The notes beneath the pieces are model-generated. The model ran no database searches, was not told where the DNA came from, and worked only from the letters and a program-made list of their open reading frames with translations. A program made the position numbers and the translations under genes. A stretch of 59,139 bases of DNA, filler included, from Trichosphaerium sp. ATCC 40318 (taxonomy: Eukaryota; Protista; Tubulinea), in assembly GCA_038496445.1 (NCBI GenBank). It is 3 parts of 3 records of this genome, joined end to end, with 100 filler letters (N's around TTAATTAATTAA, not from the genome) between each part and the next. Parts side by side here need not be neighbours in the genome. Positions count along the whole stretch, not along the records: positions 1 to 27,283 come from JALMLS010000543.1; 2 more parts are not named here. One strand, 5' to 3'. Numbering within the stretch: the first letter of the stretch is position 1; each line of letters begins with the position of its first letter. Positions 13,055 through 26,990 of this stretch are shown one piece after another.

Positions 13055-14674
13055 CTATACAAAACGTATTAACACACTCACTCTGGAGTATGGTGGAACC
13101 TTATACGACATAAGTTCAACAATAACCCATTTTTTTGAAGTTTATTACTGTACAGGGCGACATAGTTCTTACCAAACTTACCTGTTCTATCCAATCCTCT
13201 ACATTACAATTCTTAACTCCGAAAAATACCAAACCTATTGTATTAAGTCCGCGTTAAGGAGAGCTAACGGATAGATATGCGAATACCACTATTTGTGCCA
13301 AATCTTTTGCTTCGTGGTTTAATACTTGAAAAGAGAATCAAGCAACAAAGAGCGATTAATTGTCAAAGATTGCTGTTTATTTGTTTTGCACGTGATTGTA
13401 ATCGGTGTTCATACTTTACCTTCTAGTAATGCAGCTTTTACACCTTCTTCTAGATCCTTTGGTACGATTTCTTTTGGTAGGATATCATAAGTTTTGTCAG
13501 GAACAAGAGTCAAGTCTTTAGGTCGTTTAATGTCTAAAGTAAAAGAAAAAACAAGTTAGAAACAATTATACTTTGTCATGACTTTCAGCGTACTCTTAAA
13601 GATATCAGATGCCTTCACTTTACTAATAAGAGATGTATCAAATCCTCCAGCTTTAGCTAATGCCATACCCAGCTCATAACGGCTACATTAAACCCATAAA
13701 CAAAAAAAAGAAGTTCAAAACAACAACAATCTTGACATACCTCACTCTTCTTGGTCCACACACGTGCCATATTTTATTTTTATCCACCTTCTTTTCTATT
13801 AGGCACAAAGTAGCCTTTGCAGCATCTGTTGCATGGCAACAAGCCCTGAATTCGTCAATAAATAATGTCAAAGCTTCTCCAGCCGAAAGCTTGTCATGCA
13901 TCACTTGAAAGAACGATCCACCAAGCCCATACATTTGAGGGTATCGTATAACTTCATAGAAGTTAAAAAAGAGAGACATCCACAACGAGAAACAAGAAAA
14001 AATGAACAGAAAAAAAAAACGTGCCAATAGCTTTTCCTAAAAGTCCTTTTTCTGCATCTCTTTTGCTTTGACCGTAGATAGTAAGTGGTGAAGTATCACT
14101 GTCGATTGAATATGGTGCATTATCACCGTCAAAAACCTTGACGAGCACGTGAGTGTTTCCAAACGGCTTTTTTTTTGGTTTTTTTTGCAAAGCAATTTTC
14201 TCGTTTTAGGATTGTTTTTAAAGCGTACCATATCGCTTGATGCGTATAAACATACTGCATTAAGTTCATTGGATAGGTTAGCAATAGCAATAGGCACTAT
14301 TGTATTAATTGTTTTATATGTATCCCATTCCTCCTTTGGAGGGTTGTATCTATGTTTTAATAAGAAAAAGAACACTTAGGGCGCATACAGTGTTAATGCA
14401 GCTAATTGAATAACCACTGTCGGCTTGAACTCTCTGATACGCTTTAATACATCATCAGTATTGGATACAAGGTCTATTGATGTGCTGTTAACTCCAGGTG
14501 CCACTTCGATACTTTTTCTACCCAAAGAGCTGTAAGATATGTATAATGGCGCTAAACATACCTTCCTAAAGCCAATAATGCGCTTTTGGGGTATTTTTCC
14601 TTTATTAGTCGACACATGCGCCTACCAACAAACCCTGTGGCGCCTGTCACAACAAATCTATGATTGGATGTCAT
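13055..14674 (-). CDS. Extended SDR, RmlD/dTDP-4-dehydrorhamnose reductase-like, multi-exon
   Basis: VVTGATGFVG, PTVVIQLAA, LYASSDMV, YGQSK, LFIDEFR, RPKDLTL motifs. Confidence 0.8.
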
Positions 14675-14923
14675 GCGTAACGTTACGCTAAGAGATTTTC
14701 AACAAACCAGATACAGAAAAATCAAACAAAGTCAACCAAACTTTACTTTTGCAAAAAAACGGCTTCTTAGCTGTTTAGCTTTACTATACAAGCGATATCT
14801 TAATGTCCTGTATTACGAAAGGACTTTCTAATAGTGTCACAGGTTATATCTTATCCTTGTATGCGAGGAAACAAATCATACTTTTCGAAAAACGAAAGAA
14901 TTGTGTGGCTTTTTTTTAATCGA

Positions 14924-17650
14924 TTACTCCTGTTCCATAGCGTCTACATCAGCTTTTTTGAATTGCATAAAGTAACGATCATCTCTACCACGTGATTTCC
15001 ACATACTATCAAACCAAGAAGTACCATAAGCCTAAGTAAAATGTGAGCAACCAGAAACTTAATTAATATAAAAAAAAACACTTACAGATGGAATGCGATC
15101 GATCATGTCTTTGTTTAATGCTGTCTCAAAACCACTTTGTTTTAGTTCAGAAGCTAAGCATTCTGCGAAAGTCTTATCATCAGTAACAACAGTTACTAGA
15201 CCGTCTTCAGTAAGCATATCATAGACCTTGGAAAAAAATAAGAAAAAATCCATTGAAATAAAAGTACAATAAAACAACCGTTTAATAATACGCCATTGTC
15301 ACATGGTATTAGAAAAAAATTTATCGTATATGATGTAGGGAATATGTAAATGATGAATATCACATAAGATAATGGGACATAGTCCAGAAAAGAAGAAAAA
15401 TCGAGAGAAGAAAATGTACAAAAAAGAAAGTTTGAGTTTGAATTAAAGATTTGATTGTTCAGTTGGGTGATGATGAAGGAACGTTTAGAAAGTTCCATAT
15501 CGTTTGATATATATTTTGTAAATAACTTACGATATTAAATAAAGATGCATTGAGGAACACTGGCTTGAAATGTTGTAAAGCTGGTTCAGGGAAATTGACA
15601 AAAACTTCTTTGACTGTGTTGCTCTTAGAATAATTTTCTAATACCTCCTTGGCATCACCACATAATGCACGGATATTACGCGCTTTATGAATGACCATAT
15701 TCAACCTAACAGAAAACAATCAGACTCAAAGAAAACGCACAAGAAGTCAAAACTGTTTGTTTTCATTGAATTGCGAAGATAACTTTTTATCTCATGTTGT
15801 GGTTGGTTCGTACCATGTATAGAAAATACGGTCTTTGCGGAGTTCCATAGCTACCCAATTTGTCTTTTTATCGCTCTTTGCCTTCTCACAGATCCAGTTT
15901 CCGTTACCACATCCAATTTCAACTTTGACAGGGTTGTCGTTGTTAAATAACATTTCACTGTTCCATTCAAGCTTTGGCATCTCTGTGTCAGAATAAAACA
16001 CAAGTTTAGAGTTCTTTGGTCCTAGAATCTGAAGATAAAATCAGTCTCAAACGCAAGACAGAAGAGGAGAAAAATGAATAGTGTGACGATTTTTTAGTGA
16101 AGAAAAAAATAGTGTAGTTTCATGAAAAAAACTGGGCGTTTTGGCGTACATTGTATGCTTTTCCTTTTCTTTTTATAATCCAAGCCTTTAACATATCGTA
16201 GAAATCCATATTACCGAAAGCTAATTCAGTATCTACTTCGACAGAAGGAGATTTTAAAAAGTTAAGAAGTGCTGCAGACTCCTTTACTTTACCTATTGAA
16301 CAATTTAGAAAATCAAAACTTTCACGGCCCTTCACTTGTAGATACGGGTTTAAAACTTTCAGAAAGTGATCTTATACGTACCTAGAATACCGGAGCATAT
16401 AGCCATATCCAAATAAGTTGATTTGAAGCGAACAAAATCACCTTTTTTTAAAACTTTTAGGTAAAATAAAACTTTATCCCATCGAAATGTTCTTGCTGAT
16501 AATTTAAGCATTATATTAACCAGAGTATCATTAACAATATGTTGTTCATAAGCATATTTAAATAATTTTTCTGCTTCCTCAAACTCACAATCTCTAAAAA
16601 AAGGAGTGAATGAAGGACATAACACAAACATGTTGCGCAAAATAGAAAAAAAATCAAAGTAAAAACAAAATGTCTAGGAGAGCATCCAACGCGTTTTATG
16701 TACCTTAAAAATCCACGTAATAGAGTACCATACGTTCTAATATTCGGAATAACACCATGTTCATGCATTTCATTCAAAACAACCAATGCTTGATCCATCA
16801 TCATTTCATTGACGTAGCCTTTGGGACAAAAAAATTGCTGTCAGAATCACATATTTTATTGGTCTTTAAACGTACCTTTTAGCACTGTTGTAAATACTAC
16901 TGTATTTGGTTTAATCCCAGGAGTATTTTTAAGTTCTTCAAAAGTATCATTAAGCTTCTGGGAGTGCCCAATTCTAAAAAACAATTTTTAGAACAAAAAG
17001 TGTTAAAAAACAGGTCAAGTACTAACCTGGCGTAAACATTTAGGAGCGCTGAGTACGAGTATATATCAGGTTTAAGTCCAGTTTCAAGTAACTGCTCCCA
17101 TAGGGCCTCTGCAAGCTCGACATTTCGATATTTTGCGGCATCATTCATGTGACGGTTGTATAGTTTTAAATTGCTTCTCTTACGCGTTGTAGTAAGGATG
17201 CGCACCATTTTCTCGCGCCAAACGTCAACTGGAGGAAGATCTTCTGGAGAAAAAATGATTAATAAACTGTTTATACGTTTTAATAACGTAAATAGCTTTA
17301 TGAAAGTATGCTTACGCTCTTTATCGGGTCTAAACCTGTCTTCATCGCCTTGACCTTTTTGAAGCCCTCTACCGCGGCTTCGTACAGATACATCCACTTG
17401 TCTGAATGAGGGATTCTCCGCTGGGCGTTCTACACGCGTTGCCTGTATTTTTCGCTTTTTTCTTGCTTTAACACGCTATCAGTACAATAGTCTAAAATAC
17501 TTTCGTACCAGGTATTGGAGTATCTCTAGCACTATCTATGAGGTTTTTCCAGTTTGTTGTTTTCAATTTATGGTCAAATTCCATGTGCCGTGGGCGCTTA
17601 TAACCGCCATCGCGATTATTGCGATTATTTCTTGATTTGTTCCTTGACAT
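14924..17650 (-). CDS. Pentatricopeptide repeats fused to a TrmB-type tRNA (guanine-N7) methyltransferase (PPR-TGM-like)
   Basis: PPR motifs GLKPDIYSYSALLNVYA and GVIPNIRTYGTLLRG. C-terminal VEIGCGNG..AMELRKDRI, VFVNFPEP, VVTDD, YGTSWFDSMW. Confidence 0.85.
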
Positions 17651-17790
17651 TTTAACAAAAGCGTACAAGTTCAAATAAATAAAAGATGTTTGTTGACTTT
17701 TTTGTTGTGCGCTTTTTTACCCATTAAGTAAAGTCACGCAGTAAAAGCAACATTATTACGACTGTATAATACGTATTGTATTTAGATCCT

Positions 17791-20091
17791 ATGGATTCAA
17801 AATGGCTATTACGCGCTCTGGTTATTATTGGTTTATGCCACTCAGTTTCAGCTCTTGTAGTGACAAACGCTACAAAATACGTGGGAATGGTGCGTAAATA
17901 ATAAATAATCACATTTGTCAGCTACCTTTAAAATTACTAACAACGGCTTAAAAAGAGCTTCAATACGCCTAGAATGAGAGCAGTAGCAAAATCTTGGAGT
18001 GAAACCTTTCAAGACATATCACTTGTACTGTCAACGCGTGCAAATGTATCCAACAGGTACGCAGAAACGGTTTAATCCAATTGCCTTTTTTGCAGTTGGC
18101 GTTTGGTTTTTTTATCTTTTGTTGTAAACCTCATTAAAGCTCACACCAGACACAATTAGGCTTGTTTTGTGGCTTGAAGAGGAAAAATTAGAAGATGACT
18201 CCGGTATAGGACGAGCGTACGAAAGTGGTGCAAAAGGAGTTATATTCATTAGCGCACGTACGTTTAACTGGCTTGTTCGAATTCTAATCTATTTTGATCA
18301 AAACAACTTTTTTCGTTTGAATTCTGGACTTGTTTAAACATGTCCTAACGCAGCTCAACAGCTATTACAATACCTCCCGTCACCTTTTATTCAAAACAAG
18401 AAATTAGTACTTAAGTGAGTAAAACGTCTAAAACTAGGTTTGCGTAGGTAGAATCGCTGGGTTGTTCATAATGACACATCCTGATCAGGTTAAAGACTAT
18501 GCTGGAGTAAATTTTCCCACATTTCAAATATCTAAGCAAGACGGCCTTCAACTGGAGGAATTAATATGCGCAAATAACGGATCAATCCAGGTTACGATTG
18601 ACGGTAATGGTACGAACACCCTACTTTATTTTCAAGTGTCAGAAATCGTGATTCTATTTTTTTTTTTTTTTTTTTCTTTGATTTTGTCCCAATCGAGTGG
18701 TGGGCTGACTTGTTTAGATACTAATGTTTGGGAAGAGTATCTTCGAAATATAGTAAATATTCTATTATTCAATGTATTGTTGGGTTCATTTGCTCTAATA
18801 ACAATGGCGTTTGCAGCTGCCAAGTTTTATCAATATACTGTAATAAATGTACGATTTCAAGAATGTACTTTTTTTTTTGGTTTCTTAAAAGATTCTTAGG
18901 GATTGCACTGGTCTGTTTGTCAAGTATGCCTTAGCATGGAAATTTTTGCAAATTTTGGTACGCTTATACCCACATCTAATAACCACAGTCTCAGAGAGGC
19001 AGTTTTTTAATTTAAAGCTTGTGTAAACTGATTTTTGTATTTGTAGTGAGGGCGTTTTATTTGTTCATAGATCCAGTATTTACAAGGCTTATATTCCCAG
19101 ATATTTTAGCAAATATATTACTATCCATAACATTCCCTTTTATGCTACTCACAACTGTATTAATTGGTTTATATTGGTACACCGAATTTGTTGATAAGCA
19201 AATTTATTGGAAATTCTGACTCTTTTTTTTTTCTCAGGCAGGAACTAAGCAGGAGGCAATCTGTCGCTATACTGGTTTTTATTAAAAGAATGAAGATACC
19301 TTTCTATATTGTATTCTGTACTCTTCTATTATTTGATATCGTTTCTGCTAGTATGAGGTCTATAGTACAGGTACGTCAATGGTTTTGCGTTCTTGAATAT
19401 AGTCAGTTTCACTGAACCTTGTTTAGTCGATTGGTGAACAAATGGTGTTTGCTGCATCTTCGATTTACCTTATACTCACTATTCTTATTGTTATTTTTTT
19501 CCTTTGGGCTGGATCAGCTATTTTAAGTAAGCTCGAGGTTCCGTCTGATTCTCAATCAAAACAAAACAGGAGGTTGAAAAGGCTCCGACTTGTTACGATT
19601 CTTATCATGTCAAGCGCTATTTTTCAAGTTGTTCCCATAGTTGCTGTAGCTATTACATTATCAACAGGTCTAATTTGGTACGTTTGAAGATTCTAAGAAC
19701 TAAACAAAGTCTTCGTAGTCTTCATAAACATTTTCTCTTTTTTTTCTTCTTTTTTTTATTCACGTTGTTTTAATGACTTTTTTGTAGGGAGTATCCTGAG
19801 CTATATACTACTTCTTGGTTCGTTTTCTATTTTTGTATAATTGCTACAAGTTTTATTCAAATAATGGCTTGGGGTACCTCACGTAAGAAAGGAGGAAGTA
19901 CAAGAAATACCTCAAGTTATATATCAACAACACAAAGAGCCACAGGTGTTGATAAGAGTATTGCTGATGCACCTAATTTTAATAATAATAACACTTCTGG
20001 TACAGTTACTTCTATACCAGTTGATGATGAAACTAAAACAGTAAATGGTGAGGATGAAAAAGAGTCTGTTGATAGTCTTGAAAACTGCTAA
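17791..20091 (+). CDS. Signal peptide + PA-like domain + multi-pass (7TM-like) membrane protein
   Basis: MDSKWLLRALVIIGLCHSVSA; RAYESGAKGVIF; FPTFQISKQDGLQL; several hydrophobic helices; acidic cytoplasmic tail. Confidence 0.7.
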
Positions 20092-20455
20092 GAAAAAAAC
20101 AAGGAAAAAATAAAAACTCAATGTAATTATAAAATGAAATAAAAGACACAACAGTGGAAGATTATAAGTCTGTTTTGTAGCAATAATATAAAAGCATAAG
20201 TATACACTCTAATTGAAATAACAACCATTTGCAGTGTCTGACAAAGACTGTTAAAATGTCGATCTCAAGCATTAATACCGTCAAATATTTTGTAATGCGT
20301 CAAATAACTCTTCACAACACTCATCGAAGACATTGTAACTTGAATTTAAATTCAACAGCTACTAATTATACAATACAATGTATATTACACTGAAACTTTA
20401 AGAATGTAATAGTTCTGAAATTTGTGCTTACAACAATCACGTTACGTCAGAATAG

Positions 20456-21139
20456 TTAATAAATTTCAAGTGATTCTCCCTTTGGAGACCATCTTTTCGT
20501 TATGCCAACAGTATTACCTTTATCATATGTTTTTGTTTCAGCTAATACCTTACCATACATGCAATCTTCTGGGCAGTGGTACCTTTGAACAAAACAAATA
20601 AGTATCAAGTTTTTTTTTCCTTTTTTTTTCTTCTTTTTTTTACCTTTTGTATTCGCCATGTAATTGATTATTGTCGTAATGACTCGATATCCATATACTC
20701 CCATTACTAAAATACTCTATTGACGGCCCATGCTTTTTCCCTTTTACAAAATAACACTCTGATACTATATTTCCTTGTTCATCCCATCGTCTTAAATTAC
20801 CTTCATGCAACCCATTTTTTGTATAAAACTGAATTGCTAACCTTCCATTTGACCACCACCATCGTGTTACACCCTCAGTCTTATCACCTGATATCCAACT
20901 CTCACTCCTTAAATTGCCTAAGAGTTACAAGCTTGTCAGTACGGAGGTGTGAGCTTTTAGAGTATTGTACCTAATGCATCCCATTTTCTCCAATGGCCAC
21001 GTTTATTCAAATTATTATCGAACCTTGAGCACGTGGCTGCTGCAAAACATAGTTCAGGCCATGCCATAAATACTTCTCTGTCCAATTCGTATATGAGACG
21101 ATGAATCTCAACGGGTAGAGTCATCAGAAAAGATGTCAT
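20456..21139 (-). CDS. MORN-variant repeat protein with F-box-like N-terminus, 3 exons
   Basis: LMTLPVEIHRLIY, then an open middle exon EGVTRWWWSNGR..GLHEGNLRRWDEQGN..GKKHGPSIEYFSNG. Confidence 0.75.
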
Positions 21140-21471
21140 TTCGCTCGAACCTTCTTTTAGTTGTTTTAACGCTTTTTCGCTTTACACGCTATAGTATGAG
21201 CGTAGACGACTTACCAATCGTCCAAATAATAACTGGGCGTACTGTAGCCCAAAAGTAGAGCGGGTGGTGCTAATTTAGCGGTTGGAACGTGATATTATGC
21301 AGCAAGCGTAAACCTGAAGCTACTGCTTGTTTTTTACCTGAAAAAGCGTCTACGGTAAAAATGGAAAGCGAATGTTCAAGCAAGTCGCTGTAAGTCGTTA
21401 AACATACCAGATTTGCCTGTACAAAGGTATACCACTACACCGTTGCTGTACGCTCAGTTGACTTGCTTTAG

Positions 21472-23363
21472 ATGCGAATTGCTGTTATTTTCCTTTGTTT
21501 GGCGATTGCTAGCGCTGTAGCTATGCAATCCATGTCTATCAAGCGTACTAAGCCTGGTGTAAGCACTAACGACTTGAGAAATTTCCTTAGACTTGACCAT
21601 CCTGGCAAAAACATCCCTGTGGGCGGTAATATTGTTCCTCTTGGTATTTTTTATATTGAGGTAACAATTGGCTCTCCTCCCGTCATTTTCAATGTTGCTT
21701 TCGACACTGGTACGTTTAAACGCCCACATACACCGTACGTCGCTAACAAGAACAGGAAGCGGCGATTTAATTGTACCAGGCGAAGGTTGTGTAGGATGTC
21801 ATCTAGAAAGTACGTAATACCCATAAAAATGATAGTAATTGTATTAGAGGAGGGTATTTACGTTCCTGAAAACTCCACGAGCTCAAAGAAAGTTGACTGT
21901 GAATTCTTTACTTGCCCTAAATGCGTCGTACGCTCTTTATACTTTCAACACCCCTTTACTGATTAACATACTCGCTAATAGAACCAACAATGCGCTTTCA
22001 AAAACACGTACGACTTTTCGAACTGAAAACTTTCCTTTTTCGTTTTATATGGCTTTAACTGCTTGCAAATATGACATTACCGTGTGCTGCAGTATATGAA
22101 CATATTTTAAACGAACTTGTGGAACACAGTGCAGAGAAACGACTTGATTTTTTTTTTCAAACTTTTTTTTTCTTTTTTGCTAACTTTTTTGACCTTGTAG
22201 CTACGAAACATGTAATATCACTGATCCAAACCAACCTTGTACTGTAAGCGGTCCTGTATACGAAGATGTAACTGCTCTTGCTGGTCTCAGCACACCTGTT
22301 CGCTTTGGAACAATCGTACGAGATTTGTTTTAATCAATTCAGTTGACTTACTCGTTTTTTGACCTCTAGACTTTCCAAACAGCAAACTTTGAACAATTTT
22401 ATGTCATTGATGGTGTAATTGGTTTCGCAGATAGCTCTGGTTTTGGTGTACGTTTACTTTAAGTGACAATAAGTTGTATTGAACACTAACATGATAAACA
22501 AGGCCACAACACCTTTTGCTTCATTGGCAAAAGCAGGAAAGGTCGATAATGTATTCTCATGGTGTTTTAACGCTGGTAAATTTCCTCACTCTGGTGTTCT
22601 TACTATTGGTGGTGCTGATCCTAAATACTACACTGGTGAGATCTCATACACACCACTTACATCCGGATACTTCAAGCACGTTCACTTTATTGTGTTTCCT
22701 TGAAAATCAATAGTTTTTTTCTTACTTGTTCGTAGTGGCTACACTATTGATACCACGGGTTTGAGCCTTGGTCAAGACTCTATCAGATCTAGTAGTGCTG
22801 GTACGTAGTTGTATAAACGAGTTATACAGCAGGTTTTTTGTTAAATGTTTGATATTAGAGTACATTATTGATAGTGGTACCAATACCTTGCTTCTAAGCC
22901 AAGATGATTACCAATTGATCAAAAAGCAGTTCATTGGAAACTGTAATGGTGTCAGGTTACCTGGTATCTGCAACAGTGGAAAGACTTTCTTTGATGGTGT
23001 TTGCTTTGAGGTAAAAAAACCAAAAAACCAAACAAACTTGACACACGAGCTAGGTCTCTGCTGATGAGATGAAAGATTTCCCAACAGTATCAATGAAATT
23101 CTCTGGTGATGTAACCATGACAATGAGTGCTGAAGAGTATCTCTTACCAGATATTAAGAAAGGTAAAGAAACGTCAACTTTTCTTATTTTTTTCTGACTC
23201 CTTGTTTACAGGCGGTGACTACAAATGCTTTGGTATCCTTCCTAGTTCAATTCCTATTATTGGTGATGTCCTCATGAAGCCATACTACACCGTTATCGAC
23301 AATGCACAACAAAGATTCGGATTTGCTCCTGTAGATCGCACTGCTTGCCTAAAAGGAGTATAA
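21472..23363 (+). CDS. Secreted A1 pepsin-like aspartic protease, multi-exon
   Basis: Signal peptide; IGSPP..FDTGS, DGVIG, IIDSGT, IIGDVLM..YYTVID..RFGFA. Confidence 0.92.
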
Positions 23364-23590
23364 ATCACAAATAAACATATTTTTCTCGACACGGTTTTTG
23401 GTAGCTACTACCAAGCGTCCCTAAGTTTCAGTGGTCGTTACAGGCGTTCAGTTTTGGTCAAGTAAAATCTTTGCCAGTTGAAACTACAAAATAGTGTTTG
23501 GATCGATAGACAGCGTCATAATTACCATGTTGTAGATGAATACGCCATTATACGCGCATTGTAAGTTAATATAAGCCTGTACGTTTGAAA

Positions 23591-25900
23591 ATGTTAAATG
23601 TCACAGCTAGGAGATTGCCAAGCGCACTTAAAAACGAAAGCATCATTAAAACACGCTTTAAACGTACAATAACGAAAAAAAGACGTACCAAGGTACCAAG
23701 TGGATATTGGGATAGCAAAGACAATCAACGCACTTTTTTTGCCCGTGTAGAAGAGGAATTAGGCATTACAAAGCATGAACAGTGGTATTCAGTGTCAACA
23801 AATGATATTGCGTCTTTGGGAGGCAAAACAATGCTACTAAGGTATTATTGCGCGTCGTGACGCCCTCACAACTATTTTGAGGCAATAACTGCTTTTTTTT
23901 GATTTGTGATGCTTATTTGTTATTAGATATAGCAATTCCCTGTATAAAGCTCTATGTACATTATACCCAAAGGTTAATTGGATTAAATGGCGTTTCGTGT
24001 ACGAAATTCCACTTCTTTTTTGTTTTTTTTTCCAAGTTTCCTCTCTTCTCCGTTGTTCTGTTCTGAACATGATTTTATTGATACTCTAATAGAAAATTAC
24101 ATTCTCCAGATAATCACAGGGTTCAGATAAACATATTAGCGAAGGATATGAATGTTAAAACACTTGATGATTGGTATAATGTTAACTACAGTGAAATACG
24201 AAATAGAGGGATAAGTAATATTCTTACAAAGTGAGTTAGTTGTTGCACACGTGATATTGAAAAATAACAATATTTATTTAGATTCAGTGGGTCTATATAT
24301 AGGTGTCTTGAGGCTATATATAGCGATTATGATTGGCAATTATGGAAGTTCAAGTGCGTTCTTTATCCTTGAGATTTTTTTTATTTTTTTTTTCGGGTTC
24401 AACAGTTGATATAGATTCCTAATTCTTTTAGGAATCCTCCAAAAGGAGCTTATGGTGAAGGAAAATCTCAGATGTCTGCATCTGAAGATATGGCAGAGCA
24501 CCTCGGTATTAAAACATTTGATGGGTGGTACAATATATCAGGTAAAGATTTTCGGCGTAATGGCACTCTATCTCTACTCTCAAAGTAAGTTTGCAGAAAC
24601 GCATACTACTTAATTACCACCTAACATTTTTAAAAGGTACGACATGGATATTCCTTCAGCACTTCAATCTCTCTACCCAGTATACAATTGGGATGACAGT
24701 CAGTTTAAGTAAGTTCAAACTTAACTGATTTCTCATTTTTGGTTCTCACCAGTTTGCAAAGGTTCAAAAAGCGTATTATGACGCCTATGGCTAAGCTATG
24801 GAAATCAGGTGATCATGTCAATACGATGAGAATTCTTGAACAAAAACTTAAGGTCTATGAACCTGAATCATGGTACGTCATACAAAGCAGCTCTAATGTT
24901 AACTTAAGGAAGGTATCGAATATCACTTGCGCAGCTTTTAGAGCATGCTGGTGGTTCTGGTGTATACTTGGCGTTTCCCAATGTACTATCCTTGATGTAT
25001 CCAAATGTTAGATGGAGATGGAAATCATTTGCTTTGAGTAACAAGAAGTCTAGACAAAGGTAGCAACTTTTTAGCTATGTTTTTTTTTTGACTTGTGCAA
25101 GAATTTTGATTGAGAGCATCCGCAAGGTTCTACCTCAAGCTAAAGTTCTAGAAGAGCAATACATAGATGTAAGAGAGTATCAAAAATCTCTACTAAGTGT
25201 AGATGCGTTTTTACCAGAGTATAATCTAGCGTTTGAGTATCAAGGTAATTTCTAAAAAAAAAAAAAAGAAAGCGAATCAAAGTTGTTTAAGCACGCTAAA
25301 AATACAACCAAGGTGAACAACATTTTCATGATGTACTTCCGCATGATGTTCCTTCGGTTGTAAGTAAGGCAAGGGATGAAGAAAAGAGACACTTACTAAA
25401 AGAATCTGGTACTACAATGCTTCAAAGAAAAACCATTCTAAAATGGCACTAACTTTTTCATTCGAAAGGTGTAACACTTGTGGCTATTCCGTATTGGTAC
25501 CTTTTTAGAATTTCAATAATTTTAAACTACTTGAGAATTATACAATATCGTCATTATATTTTAAAGACAGACACTGTTCTGCTTACTTCAATATTGTAAC
25601 ATAAAAATAACACCTTTTTTTTTAAACTATGACGCATCTCTATTTGTTTTTAACTGCTTTCTTTGCAGGTGGAATGGTGATATAGATGTTCTAGGTGCCA
25701 CAATAATGTATTATAGAGAAGATATAAAATGTAATTGCAACTGGAAGGACGCTGAGCCTATTCTTATTGACGAGTTTGATGAGAACCCAAAATTTAAAAG
25801 AAAAATAGGAACTGTAATGAACCCTGCAAAGTTACTTGCTTGTACGTCTATTTTTTATCCCCATTGTAGTTATACATAACATAATGATATCATTATAGAA
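23591..25900 (+). CDS. Trp-rich repeat protein with C-terminal PD-(D/E)xK (RAP-like) nuclease domain
   Basis: About four repeats of the type W...LGI...WY.V...I...GG..LL..Y..S...AL..LYP...W, then LSVDAFLPEYNLAFEYQGEQHF..RDEEKR..GVTLVAIPYWW. Basic N-terminus. Confidence 0.7.
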
Positions 25901-26059
25901 CAATATCATTAACTCAAAATACCACCGAGCAATAACCTGCTTTCTTGTATAATTAAAAGATTTAACAAAACGTTGATGTGAAAAGTCTTGATTAAGAGAA
26001 AATCAATGAATGCTTTAATCAAAGTTACGCATTTATTGGTGGCGTCATAAATCAAATCT

Positions 26060-26990
26060 TATATGGAAAATAATATCTTGAACTTATCACGTGATGTGTA
26101 AAGGATACAACACACAAATAGCATGTGATGCATGTATCAAGGAAAATAAGTGTTGCATAGTACGTGTGACACTGTGTCAAGTTCTGTTATGCTTTCTTTT
26201 AACGTATGACTGCTTTTAGTGTCATCATAGAAATAGCATCCCATTTTAAGCTGGTTAAGTCCATACCCAATAGGCTCAATAGTTGATTTTTTGGACCAAT
26301 CAACTTCTTTGCTCAACTTTTAAAGAAAATTAATTGGAAAAAGAAATAACAAAGAGACTAGCACTGCATCCATACTTTTTCACGAATTTGTTCCTCGATA
26401 AGTGCCAGGTCTACAATAGAGTTTAGAGGCCTCATAAATAGCGTATAAATTATTACTTAATTCACTAAGAGGCAGTAGTAGATGTAGAATGGCAAAACAT
26501 GAAGAGATTTTTAACTTTTGAAAGACTTGCCTGTTTCTGCATTAGCAGGTCTTATAATGAACTGAGCTTTGCATATAGGGAACTTTTTCTGCTTTTGTAT
26601 GTTTGAGGAATCATCCTACAAAATATCACATGAGCGATGACAAGTTTCGTAGTCAGTTTTTTTTTGAAGTACTTTTTTTTCCCAAGTGCGTTGTTCTTCT
26701 TTACTGAAAGACGATACTTGGTTAAACCACCGTAAAACGTTTTGTAATCGTTGATCTATCACCTTAGGCAGGTGTTCAAGTGCTTTAACATCTGCTGACG
26801 TTGGTTCAGAGCTATTATCATAATATCAACAGCCACAGCTTTTATATTGCATTATTTTACCCGTTTATGTATTTGTTAGTGCTTAGATGCGTATTCAGTG
26901 CCTCAAGTCCCTAAATCTGCGTTAGATTCAAACCATTCAATGAGCGCTTTCTTTATCATCGTAGTACTGTTTAGCCATTGTTGATGAGTT
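26060..26990 (-). CDS. Divergent translation elongation factor 1B (beta/delta)-like protein; 5' extent unclear, may run into the gap
   Basis: GLEALNTHLSTNKYINGSEPTSADV..NVLRWFNQVSSF (EF1B N-terminal domain) and DLALIEEQIR..WSKKSTIEPIGYGLNQLKM..DD (EF1 exchange domain). Confidence 0.65.
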
